Origin: Parvularia atlantis | Lineage: Eukaryota | Length of the DNA: 64,000 nucleotides | Reading direction: 5' to 3' | Assembly (NCBI GenBank): GCA_943704415.1 | Contig: CALSCO010001233.1 | Span: 1-64,000 of the forward strand | Part shown: one piece after another, positions 15,300 to 26,468 of the stretch | Layout of the letters: every line of letters begins with the position of its first letter | Position numbering within the stretch: position 1 is the stretch's first letter | The notes under the pieces: model-generated | What the model saw: the letters and a program-made list of their open reading frames with translations, nothing else | The model's database searches: none | What the model was told of the DNA's origin: nothing | Position numbers and translations under genes: made by a program

Positions 15300-17840
15300 A
15301 TGGCGGCGGCGCTGGACAGGTGCGCGCGCTCTTTGCCGTCTGCGTCTCCCCGCCTCACGCGCGCGGTGGCGCCAGCATCATCGACAGCGTCGTCGTGGCC
15401 AACCACAGCGGCAAGATCGTCTACTACAACCCGGCCTCGGAGCGACTGTTTGGCTACGGCAAGGCGCGTCGGGTGGCGCGGCGGCGCAGAGGGGTGGGCG
15501 GGCGGGCGTGACGCGCGCGCGAGCCGATCCAGGACGAGATCATGGGGCGCAACGTCAACACGCTCATGCCGCGCCCGTTCAAGGACCAGCACGACCTCTG
15601 GCTGAAGAAGTACCAGATGGTGCCGCGCGCACGGCGTGCAGCGGCATCGCCCGATCGCGCTGACGTTGCTCGCGCAGGGCGGCGTGCCCAAGCTCATCGG
15701 CATCCCACGCGTGCTCAAGGGCGAGCGCAAGGACGGCGCCATCTTCCCGCTCGAGATCAGCCTCGGACCTATCCACCACCAGCCCTCGGGGCACGACCCG
15801 GAGCACAGCGACGAGCGCTTCTTCATCGCAATCATGCGCGACCGCTCCACACCGCTCAGCTCCAACGACGACGGCGGCTTCCAGGGTGCGAGCGCCGCAC
15901 GCTCCCAGCCGCACCGCCGCGGCTCATCCGAGCGCGCAGAGGACGGCGAGCTGCGCGAGCTGCTCGAGCGCAACGGCCTCGGGCAGTACATGGAGATGTT
16001 CAACGAGGAGGAGATCACGTTCAAGCAGTTCACGCAGCTGACCAAGGACGACCTCACGGCGCTCGGCGTGGTCAAGGTGCGCGTGTGTGCACTCGCTGCG
16101 GCCCGGCCTCACGCCGCCGCCGCCGCAGATGGGCGCGCGCCTCAAGCTGCAGGAGCTGATCGATGACGGCCAGCGACGGCAGCAGGAGTCGCCTGCCACG
16201 CCCGCCGACGGGCCCACGGGGCAGCGCCACACGTCGCGGTACCGCACGCAGGGGGGCGAGGCGTTCGTGCCGCTGGGAGCCGTCCGCGGGTGCGCATTTT
16301 GTGCGGCGTGAGCGCGGGACGCCCGCCGGGCTGACGGCCGCAGCAGGTCCTCCTCGTCCATGTCGCTGTCGCTCGCGGGCGTGGTCCACGCGGACGAGCT
16401 CGTCTTTGGCGATCTGATCGGCCAGGGCGGGTTTGGCGTCGTGTACACGTGCGCGCGCGCACGCCGTGCAGCGCATGCGCGTGATGGCTGGCTGACGAGG
16501 GGCGCTCGCCGTGCAGGGGCACATGCCGCGGGCAAAACGTGGCCATCAAGAAGGTCATGGTCAACTGCCAGCAGGAGGCCGAGCTGCTCGCGCGCGTGCG
16601 GCACCGCAACATTGTGCAGTGCTACGGCGCGTGCATCGAGCCGCCCGACTTTTTCCTGATCATGGCACGCGCGCTCATCGCTTTTAACTGCGCTCGGCCC
16701 TGCTGACGCCTCCGCGGCCTCGGCGCGCGTGCAGGAGCTCGCGCTGTGCAACCTCAAGCAGGCCATCCGCTCGAACGACGTTCCGCCGGCGCTCGTGGTC
16801 GACTGGTGCATGCAGATCGCGCAGGGCATGGACTACCTGCACACGGGCGCGCCGCGGCCGATCATCCACCGCGTGCGTGCGCGTGCTGGCGTGCAACGTG
16901 CCAGCTCACAGCAGCGTGCGGGCGGTGTGTGCAGGACCTCAAGCCCGGAAACGTGCTCCTGTTTGAGGACGGCTCACTCAAGATCTCAGACTTTGGCCTG
17001 TCGCGCGTGCGCGGCCTGCACGACGGCACAGAGAAGATGAGCTCCGTCGGCACGTTCGAGTACATGGCGCCCGAGGTTATCAAGGTGGCGGACCGGCGAG
17101 TGCGCGGGCCACGCTCTGACGCGCTGCGCGCGCCGCAGTCTGAGCCGTACTCGGAGAAGGCCGACATCTACAGCTATGGCGTGCTCGTGTGGGAGATCCT
17201 CATGCGCCAGACGCCCTACGCCGGCCTCCCGCCGCTGGCCGTCGCGTTTGGCGTGGGCTCGGGTGCGTCTCGGCCGGCTGGGTCTGTTGTGCGCGTGGCC
17301 CGACCGTCGCGACCGCAGGTAACCTCAAGCTGCCCATCCCCGAGGACTGCCCCAAGACGTTTGTCGACCTCATGACCGCGTGCTGGACGATGGAGTACAG
17401 CAAGCGGTGCGCGCCGTCGCCCAGCGGTGGGGCCCGGCGCGGCTCACGCGGCCGTGTCGTGCACACAGGCCACCGTTCCGCGACATCATCCGCATGCTCG
17501 AGAAGGAGGAGGTGTCGGACTTTGTGCGCGAGTCGCCCATGCTGTTCCTCGAGCAACAGGTGCGTCGATGCGGTGGGCGACGGTGCCGAGCTCACGCGCC
17601 GCGTGCGCAGGCCGCGTGGGAGAACGAGGTGACGACGTCGATCGGCAAGTCTAAGGACATGTTTGACGCCGAAGGCTTCCACACGCCCGCGTCGACCTCG
17701 ACGAGCAAGGGCCACACGGAAGACAGCGCGACGGACGCCGACGACGGGACCGAGTCGCTCTCGCTTGGGATGATGAAGCACAAGATCAAGGTCGTCGAGG
17801 CCGCCGCCGCCGCCGCTGCCGAGGCGGGGTCCGCGCTCTG
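15300..17840 (+). CDS. PAS-SAM-tyrosine-kinase-like (MLK/Raf-type) protein kinase
   Basis: PAS (YNPASERLFGY..DEIMGRNVNTLMP...HD...RKDGAIFPLEISL), SAM (LERNGLGQYMEMFNEEEITFKQFTQLTKDDLTALGV.KMGARLKL), kinase (IGQGGFG, VAIK, HRDLKPGN, DFG, GTFEYMAPE). Confidence 0.92.
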
Positions 17841-17940
17841 AACGCAACCCACACCGCGCGAGAAAAGCCAGTGGTTTTGTTGTCCTGTACGAGTACGGCG
17901 GCGCGGCGCGCAATGCAACGCATGATCATTTATCGCATCG

Positions 17941-18920
17941 CTACAAGACGGGCAGGAAGTTGCCCACGAGGCAGTACGGCAGGTTGTACTTGTCGCGGCG
18001 GATCGTGAACGAGAAGCAGCACGGCCGCAGCCCGCCCTTGGCGTTCTTGAGCACGCACGACGTGAGCACGGCCTTCTGCGTGCTGTCAAAGGCAATGTTG
18101 CCGTACTTTTCCCAGTAGTTGACGATCGACTCTTCCGACATCAACTGGCGGCCGTGCGAGCGTGTCGGCCACGGGGAGCGGCCGCCGCTGGGAGTGCGTG
18201 CCACGCACCTCGTAGATGCACACGGGGTGGCTCGGGTCGCGCGACATGAGCTTGTCGTACGGCGTGTCGAGCAGGAGCGCAAACTCCTTGTTGATGCGGC
18301 AGATCTCGCCCGTGCGCCGCCACAACGCGGCCGGGATACCCATGGTGGAGAAGATGCGGTCGTACGTCTGCCGCGGGCGCGCGCGTGAGCGTCGGGTGCA
18401 CTGTGCCATGACCCTCCTGCACAGACCAGCAGCAGCCGCTCGAACGACTCCTCGACCATGACCAGGTCCAGGTCCGTCAGCAGCTCGGCCACGGCGCGGA
18501 ACGCGGGCCGGAACGAGTTGAGCACGGTGAGCACGCGCTGGCGGTTTGAGGCGCTCATACTGGCCGCGGGCGCGCGACGTGAGCGCAGCCGAAGAGCAAA
18601 CTGCTGCAAACGGCAGCACGCACTTGCCCTCCATAAAGCGCTGGAAGCGCGCGTAGCCCGAGACGTAGTTGTACGGCTTGAGCAGGCCCGCGTTGTACTT
18701 GGCCTGGAGGATCTGCGTCAGCCGGTCGCCCGCGGGCCCATCGACCGGGTCGGCTGCGGTCAACAGGAACTGCTCGTGGTGCCCGCCGTGCTGCGGCGAG
18801 TGCTGCGGCCCGTGCGGCGCGTGCGCGTGGCCGCCGAGCGCGGGCGATGCGGGGCCGGACGGCGCGCGGCTCGATGGCGCGCTGTGGCCGGTGCCGGCCG
18901 CGACCCACGCTGTGCGCCCG

Positions 18921-18958
<38 letters not shown>

Positions 18959-19351
18959 TGACCGCGCCACGCTCGCCAGACGGTACAGATCGGGTGCATC
19001 GGGCGCGGGCGCGTCCTGCCCGGGCGACGCCGGCGCATCGGGCGTCGTCCCGCCACCAGTCGCCGTCGCCGCCGCGCCCGACCCGGCGCCCGCTGCGCCC
19101 GCCGCGCCCGCCGCCAGCGAGAAGAAGAGCGAGTCGGGCAGGAACAGGTCTGTGTTGCTCTCGTACGAGTCGAGGAAGTCGGACACGACGAGGAACTCGT
19201 TGCCCTGCAGCTGCGTGTCGGACGGCGTCGTCGCCATCGCCACCGCCGACAGCACTGCGCCGCCCGCCGCCGCCGCCGCCGCAGCAGCCGCCGCCGCCGC
19301 AGCAGCCGCAGCAGCAGCCGCAGCAGCAGCAGAAGAAGACGACGACGACAT
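17941..19351 (-). CDS. Rds2/AcuM/Ert1-family protein: C-terminal PAS-like region only, no Zn2Cys6 domain seen
   Basis: AKYNAGLLKPYNYVSGYARF, VEESFERLLL.YDRIF..MGIPAALWRRTGEI, IYELMSEES.VNYWEKYGNIAFD..QKAVLTSC, CCFSFTIRRD...LP..VGNFLP; N-terminus is poly-Ser/Ala/Gln. Confidence 0.88.
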
Positions 19352-19427
19352 CGTAAGCGAGCGCTGATCGCGCAAAGTGGCTACGCGGCGGTAGATTTTG
19401 ATGGTCAACATACTTGCATACACAGTC

Positions 19428-22086
19428 TCAATAGAGCAACACGCGACTGTTGTACGCGCTTGCGACGGCCACGAGCGTGCCATCGCGCGAGACCGCCACG
19501 CCGGTCACGTCCGAGACCATGGACATGCCGAACGCGTGCTGGCGCCTGCCGTCGAGCGTCCAAACGGAGACTTGCTCGGCCTCGCCGACCAACAGCACAC
19601 GCGCGCGCCGATCCCAGGCGATGCCGCCGGCCACGTCTAGGCGCTGCTTGCCGAAGCCGCCCACGACCTCGCCGTCCTGAAGGCGCAGAAGGCGTACGTG
19701 CCCAGCGCTGCTGGGTGGCCTTGCTTGCACCGCTGATCCGGCTCTACGGATGTGCTTGACCGCGATGGCTACGAGTTGCTCGTCGGGCAGGATCGTGATG
19801 CCGCACACGTCGATGTCCGTGTATGCGTCGCCCGCAGCGTCGTGATCGGTCGACCAGATCGACAAGCCGTCGTCCGAGTAGCAGGTCACCCGACCGAGCC
19901 GCTGCGGATGTGCGTCAGCCGTGAAGCCGACCACGACGCCGGCAGCGCCGGCGACAATGTCCACCGCCGCGAGGCACCTCGCGTAGCTCCGGGGCCAGGA
20001 CCGGTAGGCGAGGCCGCCAGCGTCCATCCTGCGTAGCGGGCCACGCACAAAGTTGATCGAAGCCTCCTCGCCACTGCCAGCCACAAAGACGATGCCGCCC
20101 GAGCTCATCACGGACAGCGCTTGCGGCTTGTAGACGCTCAGCGTCTGAAGACGGACCTTGTTGATGCTGTACACCTCGATCCTGCTGTTGTGCGTGTCGG
20201 CAATGTAGACCGCGTTGTTGTGACCAAATTCGACGGCCTGCGGATGCTTGAACTGGTTGCGGTTGCTGCCAGGGCCGAGCTTGCCGATCACGCAGCTCGC
20301 GTACTTGCTGATCTGCTTGTACATGCGGCACTGCACGAGCCCGTTGGGCGCGTTGGAGCCGATGTCCTCAGAACTCGCGGGCGCGGCGGTTGCTCTGGCG
20401 ATCTCTATCGGCTGCACATAGCCGAGGCGGTTGACGTCGAAGCTTGTGACGATGATGTGCAGCTGTCCTTCGCCTGCCGGTGGAACACGACCTGCGTCGT
20501 CACGCCGACGATCACCGGGACGGCAGCCATTTGTTGATCGGGATCGTGGAGCCGGCGCAGTCGCGCCATGAGCTGCTCCCGCAGGCGCGCGTCCTTGGTG
20601 CACGGAGCTTGCGCGGGGCCGTGGCTCAGGCTGGCCCGCTTGTGCTGCCGCAGTGCCGTGACCTGCGTCTGCACGCTACTAAGATGGTCAGCGTGAACGG
20701 CCAGCAGGTCGTGCTGCTCGCCGAGCGTCTTGATGTCTGCGTCGACGTTCGTGCACACCTGGCGCACGAGCTTGAGGCGGCGCGTGTCCAGTTGGCGCAG
20801 CTTCTCGCGCAGGGGCTCCATGACCTCGGCAAAGTAGTGATCGATGCCGGCGATCGACTCGCGTCCGTACTGCTGCAGCCCGTCCTTCATCTTGACCAGC
20901 GTGTTCATGATGGCCGCGCTGCTGGCTTGCTGCTTGTCGAGGTCCTTGGCCAGCACGCCGATCGTCGAGAGCTGCTGGGCGGTGCCCGCGGCGATGGTGT
21001 GCAGCGAGTGCTGGGCGCCGCTGTGCAGCGTCCTCGCGCAGTGATCGCAGACAAACTTGTCGCACCCCTTGAGACTGCAGTAGAAGGTCGCGGGTGCACT
21101 CACGCCGCCCGCGTGCGTCGCCGTCGCACAGGTTACACCGCCCGCGGCGTCGTCCGGCTCATGATCTGGAGCGTTGAGCGCAAGCAGATCTGCACGCCTG
21201 AACGGTGCGCGGCACTGGATCGCGTCGTTGACGAAAAAGACGCACTTGCGCTCGTCGTCCGTCGGCTTGTTGATGCAGAGCGTGCAGATCGGGTGCATGC
21301 ACGGCGTGAGCCCGGGCAGGTTGGATGCATCCATCGGCATCATGCAAAACTGGCAATCTGTCGGCGCGGCGCGTCGCACACGGTCAGTCAAAAGTCGTGT
21401 CGGTGTGCGCGTGAGCGGCGCAATGTACAGTCGGGCTCGTCTTCCTGTGATGAAGTCGGAGCCGCGTGAGCATGATCGTACCCGTTGGTCAGCTTGAGCG
21501 CGGCGGTGCTGGCAGCCGCCGCAGACTCGGCAGCCGGGTGCTCGGCTCCATCTCCGGGCGGCCCCGGGTCGGCCTTGCGGAGCGGCGAAGCGGCCTCCGG
21601 CAGGCGAGCAGCGGGCGTGGGCGCATGCACGGCGGGCGTGGGCGCATGCACGGCGGGCTCGGGCGGGCGAGCAGGATCGTCATCTGCTGGCTGTGGAGGC
21701 GGGGGCCAAACACGATTGCGCGTCAACGCGTTGACGGCGCGCGGGGCCGGGCGAGGTGCTGGGGCTGCTGCGACGACTGCTGGGGCTGCTGTGACGACCG
21801 CTGCGGCTTGCATTGAGGCGGGGATTGCCTCCACGCCCATGTCTTGGGCACGCTTTTGCGCTTGCGCAGGCGCGCGCGGCTGAGGTGCAGGCGCTTCCGC
21901 TGGCGCCCGAAAGGTGAGCGCAGGACGAGGATGCGCCCACGACGCAGGCCGTGGCTGCTGCGCTTGTTGATCGCGCGCCTGATGCGGCCGATGCGGCTGA
22001 CGAGGCACGTCCTGTGCCGCGACGCGAGGCTGCACGTCCGCTGGCTCTTCTTGCACCGGTGGAGGCGGCCAGACACGGTGCCGCAT
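19428..22086 (-). CDS. TRIM-like protein: Pro/Ala-rich N-terminus, RING, B-box, coiled coil, NHL repeats; apparent frameshift near 20465
   Basis: RING CQFC...PCMHPICTLC...CVF...C; B-box FYC..GCDKFVCDHC...H....H; NHL GPGSNRNQFKHPQAV...YIADTHNSRIEVY. Intron 21358-21428 joins the upstream ORF in frame (EPD|YCQFC). Start uncertain. Confidence 0.75.
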
Positions 22087-22312
22087 CACCGGGGGCACAG
22101 CCGCCGCATCAGCACAGGCAGGAGCGCCGTGCTGCTCCACCTGGTTGCGCTGTAGACGCACGCCGACGACCGCGCTGACGCCGCCGAATTGCACCGCATT
22201 GGCCGCGACGCGGCCCGCCGTCCGTGCGGCAGCACTGCAGACGACGACCGGGCGCGCCGACGGTCATGCCAGTTATACACTTAGAGAAAAACGATAGCTG
22301 TTACGTACACAG

Positions 22313-23110
22313 ATGGGGGCGGTCGACTGCCTCACGGTCGTCTTCTTCTCGCTCGTGAGCGCGGCGCTGGCGGAGGGTGCGTGGCTCGCGGGATGCGACG
22401 CCGGCGCGTGACCGATGCGCCAGGGCTGTCGTGGTTCCTCGTGTACCGGACGGACGCGTTCAAGTGCGCTTGCGCGCGGTCGCTTCCAGGTGCTGATCGC
22501 GCGCGCATCGGGCCAGACACATGACGCGCGAGGTCGAGCGGCAGACAAAGAAGCTCGAGAAGATCAAGGAGACGGCCGCGCCCGTTGCCGCCGGCGCTAA
22601 GAAGGACCGCAAGGCCGACCGCTACGAGGAGCAGCTGAAGAAGTACAACCGCGACATCCAGCAGGTGCCGCAGGCGGGTGTGAGCGAGCGGGTGCCTGAC
22701 GCGCCGTCCGCGCGCGCCCAGCTGTCTATGCGCTCGACGCTCGCCGTGAGCGTTGTGCTGCTCGGGATGCTCTGGGCGCTCACGTCCGTCTGTGCGTCGC
22801 CCGCTCGCTCGCCCGCCCGCTCGCTCGCCCGCCCGCACGGCACGCGCACTGAACACGCACGCAAACGCACCCGCATGCAGACCAGGGGCACGCCGTGGCC
22901 AAGCTGCCGTTCGAGCCGATCGGGTGGTTCACGGCCATGACGCACCGCTCGCTCCCGGGCACGGACATGACCGACGCCTCGGCCTTCTTCCTCTACTCGC
23001 TCTGCTCGCTCAGCCTGCGGCAGATGCTCCAGCGGGCGCTCGGCTTCAGCAAGAAGCTCAAGGGCACCGACTTCATGACGGCGCTGGCCGAGGCGCAGAA
23101 GCAGCAGTGA
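22313..23110 (+). CDS. TMCO1: TMCO1 (Oxa1-superfamily ER membrane protein)
   Basis: SAALAEGLSWFLVYRT, EVERQTKKLEK, VAKLPFEPIGWF..MTHRSLPGTDMTDAS..FLYSLCSLSLRQMLQRALGF. Confidence 0.93.
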
Positions 23111-23135
23111 TTGCGACCGATCTGTTCAGGGCTCT

Positions 23136-24269
23136 TCACTCTTCGGCATCCCTGGCAAAGACGCTCACGACGGGCTCGTCGGCGTGCTCTCGCGTGTGCA
23201 GGGCGACGCCCACGAGCACGACCGCCGTCGCCGCGCTCATCCCGTGCCACACGGTTGGGTGCACTGGCGGCGCGTGTCAGCGCACGGGGGCAGCGAGCGC
23301 GCGACAGAGCGGCACGCACACAGCCAGTCGAGCGTGCTGGCGGGCGGCGCGCACACCACCAACGCCTCGGTCGCGGCGAGCGCGATGAAGGGCCAGCTGC
23401 AGTAGAGCACAAGCGTCTGCGTGTGACACGCGTCAAGAGGCGCGCACGGTAGCGACGGGGCGGCACCCGCTGAGACGAGTCGGGCGTCGTGGCGATCTCG
23501 AGCCAGAACACAGCGGCCGTAGCCGCGCGCACGGCGAGCGCGGCGCCGCCCGCGACCGAGACCGAGAGCGTATTGTGCTCGTCCATCAGCCCGTCGGCAA
23601 AGGGCACGAACGACGCGGCCCACCGCAGCGTGCGCACGGGCCAGCTGGGGCCTCTGCGGTGCGGCGTGCGCGCGGGTGAGTGCCGCGCTGCGCCGAGGAG
23701 GCGAGGGGCGAGATGTCGCACAGTTGTGACACGAGGTCGCCTGGCGCAATCTGCCTCGGCGCGGCGAGCGCGGCGGCATGCACGTGCAGCGCGACGAACA
23801 GTAACAGCGCCGCGCCGTCAACCACCGTCCCGCCTTCGAGTCCCACGACGGCCCAGACGGCGACGCCCGCCGCCGCCGCGACGACACCCGACGCGAGCGC
23901 GGCGCCGATCGCGCCGTCCGCCGCGCCCCACGCCACGTGCAGCAGGTACGCGGTGCTGAGCAGCGCGAGCACACACATGGCGCCGATGGCCGTGGGCGCG
24001 GTGCCCTCGCGGCGGCGCACCCAGCGCGGGACGGCGGCGCCTAGGTGCGCGGTCACGGCGGCGGCGGTGTAGGCGTCGTGCAGGTGCAGCAGCGGGCGGG
24101 CGGCGGCAGCGAGGCCGACGAGCACGCGCACGAGCGACGACGACGACGACGCCATCGGTGGCAGCAGCGTCGCGACCGCGCCCAGCGCCAGCGACGCCCA
24201 CAGCCAGCGCGTCGGCAGCAGCCGCGCCGCGGCGAGTTGCGTGACGGCCGCGACGACGCTCGCCGCCAT
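23136..24269 (-). CDS. Polytopic membrane protein, possibly ICE2-like
   Basis: Several hydrophobic helices; RPLLHLHDAY, LSTAYLLHVAW and GGTVVDGAALLLFV recall the ICE2 layout. Weak, recognised by eye only. Confidence 0.45.
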
Positions 24270-24397
24270 TTTGTGCGCGCGACAACCGGTGCGGCGTGGT
24301 GCAGCGTGGCCGCAGAGTGCTGATGTGCCTCAGTCGCCCTGCGCCTCCTCCAGGCCGCCCGCACCAAGCAGCAAGACCCGCCGCCACCGTCCATCCC

Positions 24398-25047
24398 ATG
24401 GCCGCCAATGCGATTGCCGCGCTGCAGGCCAAGTTCGAGGCCGAGGTGCAGTCGCTGCAGAAGCTGCAGAACGGTGCGTGCGCCTGCCCTCCCCCCCCGC
24501 GGCCCCCTCGCCCGAGACCGCGGCCTCACGCCGCCTTCCCGACCACGCAGACATCCAAAAGGCCGTGCAGAACCGCACGCAGCTCGAGGCGCAGCTGCAG
24601 GAGAACACGATGGTCAAGCAGGTGCGGCGCCGGCGCGTTGAGGGGGTCACGCTCAATCAGGCGGCGCGCAGGAGCTGGGCTACGTCAAGGACGACGCGCG
24701 CGTGTACAAGCAAATAGGCCCCGCGCTGATCAAGCAGGACACGGCCGAGGCGAAGCAAAACGTCGACAAGCGCATCGAGTTTATCAGCAACGAGATGTGC
24801 GCGGCGTGCCCCTCGCGCGTGCGCACGGGCCGCGCGGGGCTGACGGGCCGCCGCCCGCGCGCACGGCCGCACTCAGCAAGCGCACCGACAAGTCCATCGC
24901 CGACATGGAGCAGTCGCTCGAGAAGCGCCGCGGCGAGGTACGCGCCACCCAGATCGTGCGCCTCGCTGACGCCGCGGCGATGTCGCCGCGGCCCAGGCTA
25001 TGAAGCTACAGATGCAGCTGCAGCAGATGCAGCAGCAGCCGCGGTGA
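24398..25047 (+). CDS. PFDN6: Prefoldin subunit 6
   Basis: RTQLEAQLQENTMVKQEL....DARVYKQIGPALIKQDTAEAKQNVDKRIEFISNE. Confidence 0.93.
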
Positions 25048-25132
25048 GCGCTGCCCTTCCTTGTGTCTTGGGCCGAGAGCAAGATGAGAGCGCAGACAGA
25101 CCACACGTGCAGTTTGCACGCTTGCGGGACGG

Positions 25133-26360
25133 ATGACGCGCCACTCGAAGAACAAGTGTGGCGGCGCGCGCTCTGTTGCGTCCCTCACGCCGTTCTCGCC
25201 GCTCACGCCGTCCGCGCGCGTCCCGTGCAGCTGCGCCGCGCCGGTGTACACGTACCACGAGCGCCAGCGCGACGGCGCCAAGTACGGCACGCAGTCGCAG
25301 CGCATCGGGAAGGACTCGGTCAAGGACTTTGACTGCTGCTCGCTCACGCTGCAGCCGTGCAAGGACCCGGTCGTGACGTGCGCCGCCGCTGCCGCCGCTG
25401 CTGCTGCTGCTGCTGCTGCTGTGGCGCGCTCACGGACGGCACGCGCGCCGCCGCAGCGAGCACGGCGTGCTGTACGACAAGGAGGCGATCCTCGAGTATG
25501 TGCTGCACCAGAAGCGCGAGAACGTGCGGCGGCTCAAGGCGTACGAGGAAGAGCAGGCCAAGGCCCAGACGCGCGCGGTCGAGGGCGAAGCCAGCAGCGC
25601 CAAGAAGGTTGTGGAGGACTTTGTGCGGCTGGAGAACAGCGTGGCGGGCGACCTGACGCCGGCCGAGCGTATCGTGCGCGTGACGGGCGAGGGTGCGCAG
25701 CGCCATTGCCTCCAGCGGCGCGCCATCGGGCCCCTCACGCCGCCCGCAGGCGTCCGGCAAAAGTGGGACCCGAACGAGACCAAGCTCAGCCGCAACTTTT
25801 GGATCCCCGACAACACGCCATCGGCCGCGAGCCACGTCGTCGCCAAGCCCGACCAGAACGTGTACTGCCCGATCAGCGGCAAGAAGCTGCGCATCAAGGA
25901 CCTGATCGCCGTCAAGTTCAAGCAGGTTGACGAGGCCGCCGAGGCCGCCGCCGTCGCCGCCGGCACCACCCTCGTGGCCAAGAAGGACCGCTACATGTGC
26001 CCGCTCACGTTCGAGACGCTCACCAACGCGTGCGTGTCCTGCTGCCGCTGCTGCTGCCGCCGGTGCTTGGGCTGACACGCCCCGCCGCGCAGGACGCCCT
26101 GCGCCGTGCTCCGGCCCAGCGGGTACGTCGTGACGATGGCCGCGGTCAGCAACATCGTCAAGAAGGTTTGCGCCCGCCGCAGCGGCGAATGACGCGCTGA
26201 CGCCGCCCCGCGCGCGCGTCAGGACATGGTCGACCCGTTCACCGGCGACAAGCTCGTCGACGCAGACATCATCCCGCTCATGCGCGGCGGCACAGGCTTT
26301 GCCGGCGCGGGCGTAGACCTCACGCCGAAGAAGTTCACGCCGGCGCTGCAGGCCTCGTGA
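25133..26360 (+). CDS. NOSIP: Nitric oxide synthase-interacting protein homologue
   Basis: MTRHSKN, YTYHER...YGTQSQRIGKDSVKDFDCCSLTLQPCKDPV, LYDKEAILEY, FWIP, CPISGKKLRIKDL, GGTGFAG. Confidence 0.95.
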
Positions 26361-26468
26361 GCGCTGCCACACACAGCACCTGTAACATCAAGCAAAAAAG
26401 AAGGAAAAAAAAAAAGCGGCAAAAGGGACAGCGACCGGTCGTTCGAAGCGCCGCGCGCGGGCGACTGC

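Noticed and set aside
18920..19330. CAG/GCN trinucleotide tracts
   Set aside because: Ordinary poly-Gln/poly-Ala low-complexity coding sequence; similar tracts occur throughout the window.
20473..20490. 18-nt GT...AG mini-intron as a fix for the TRIM frameshift
   Set aside because: Far shorter than other introns here, no branch point, and a multiple of three so it would not change frame.
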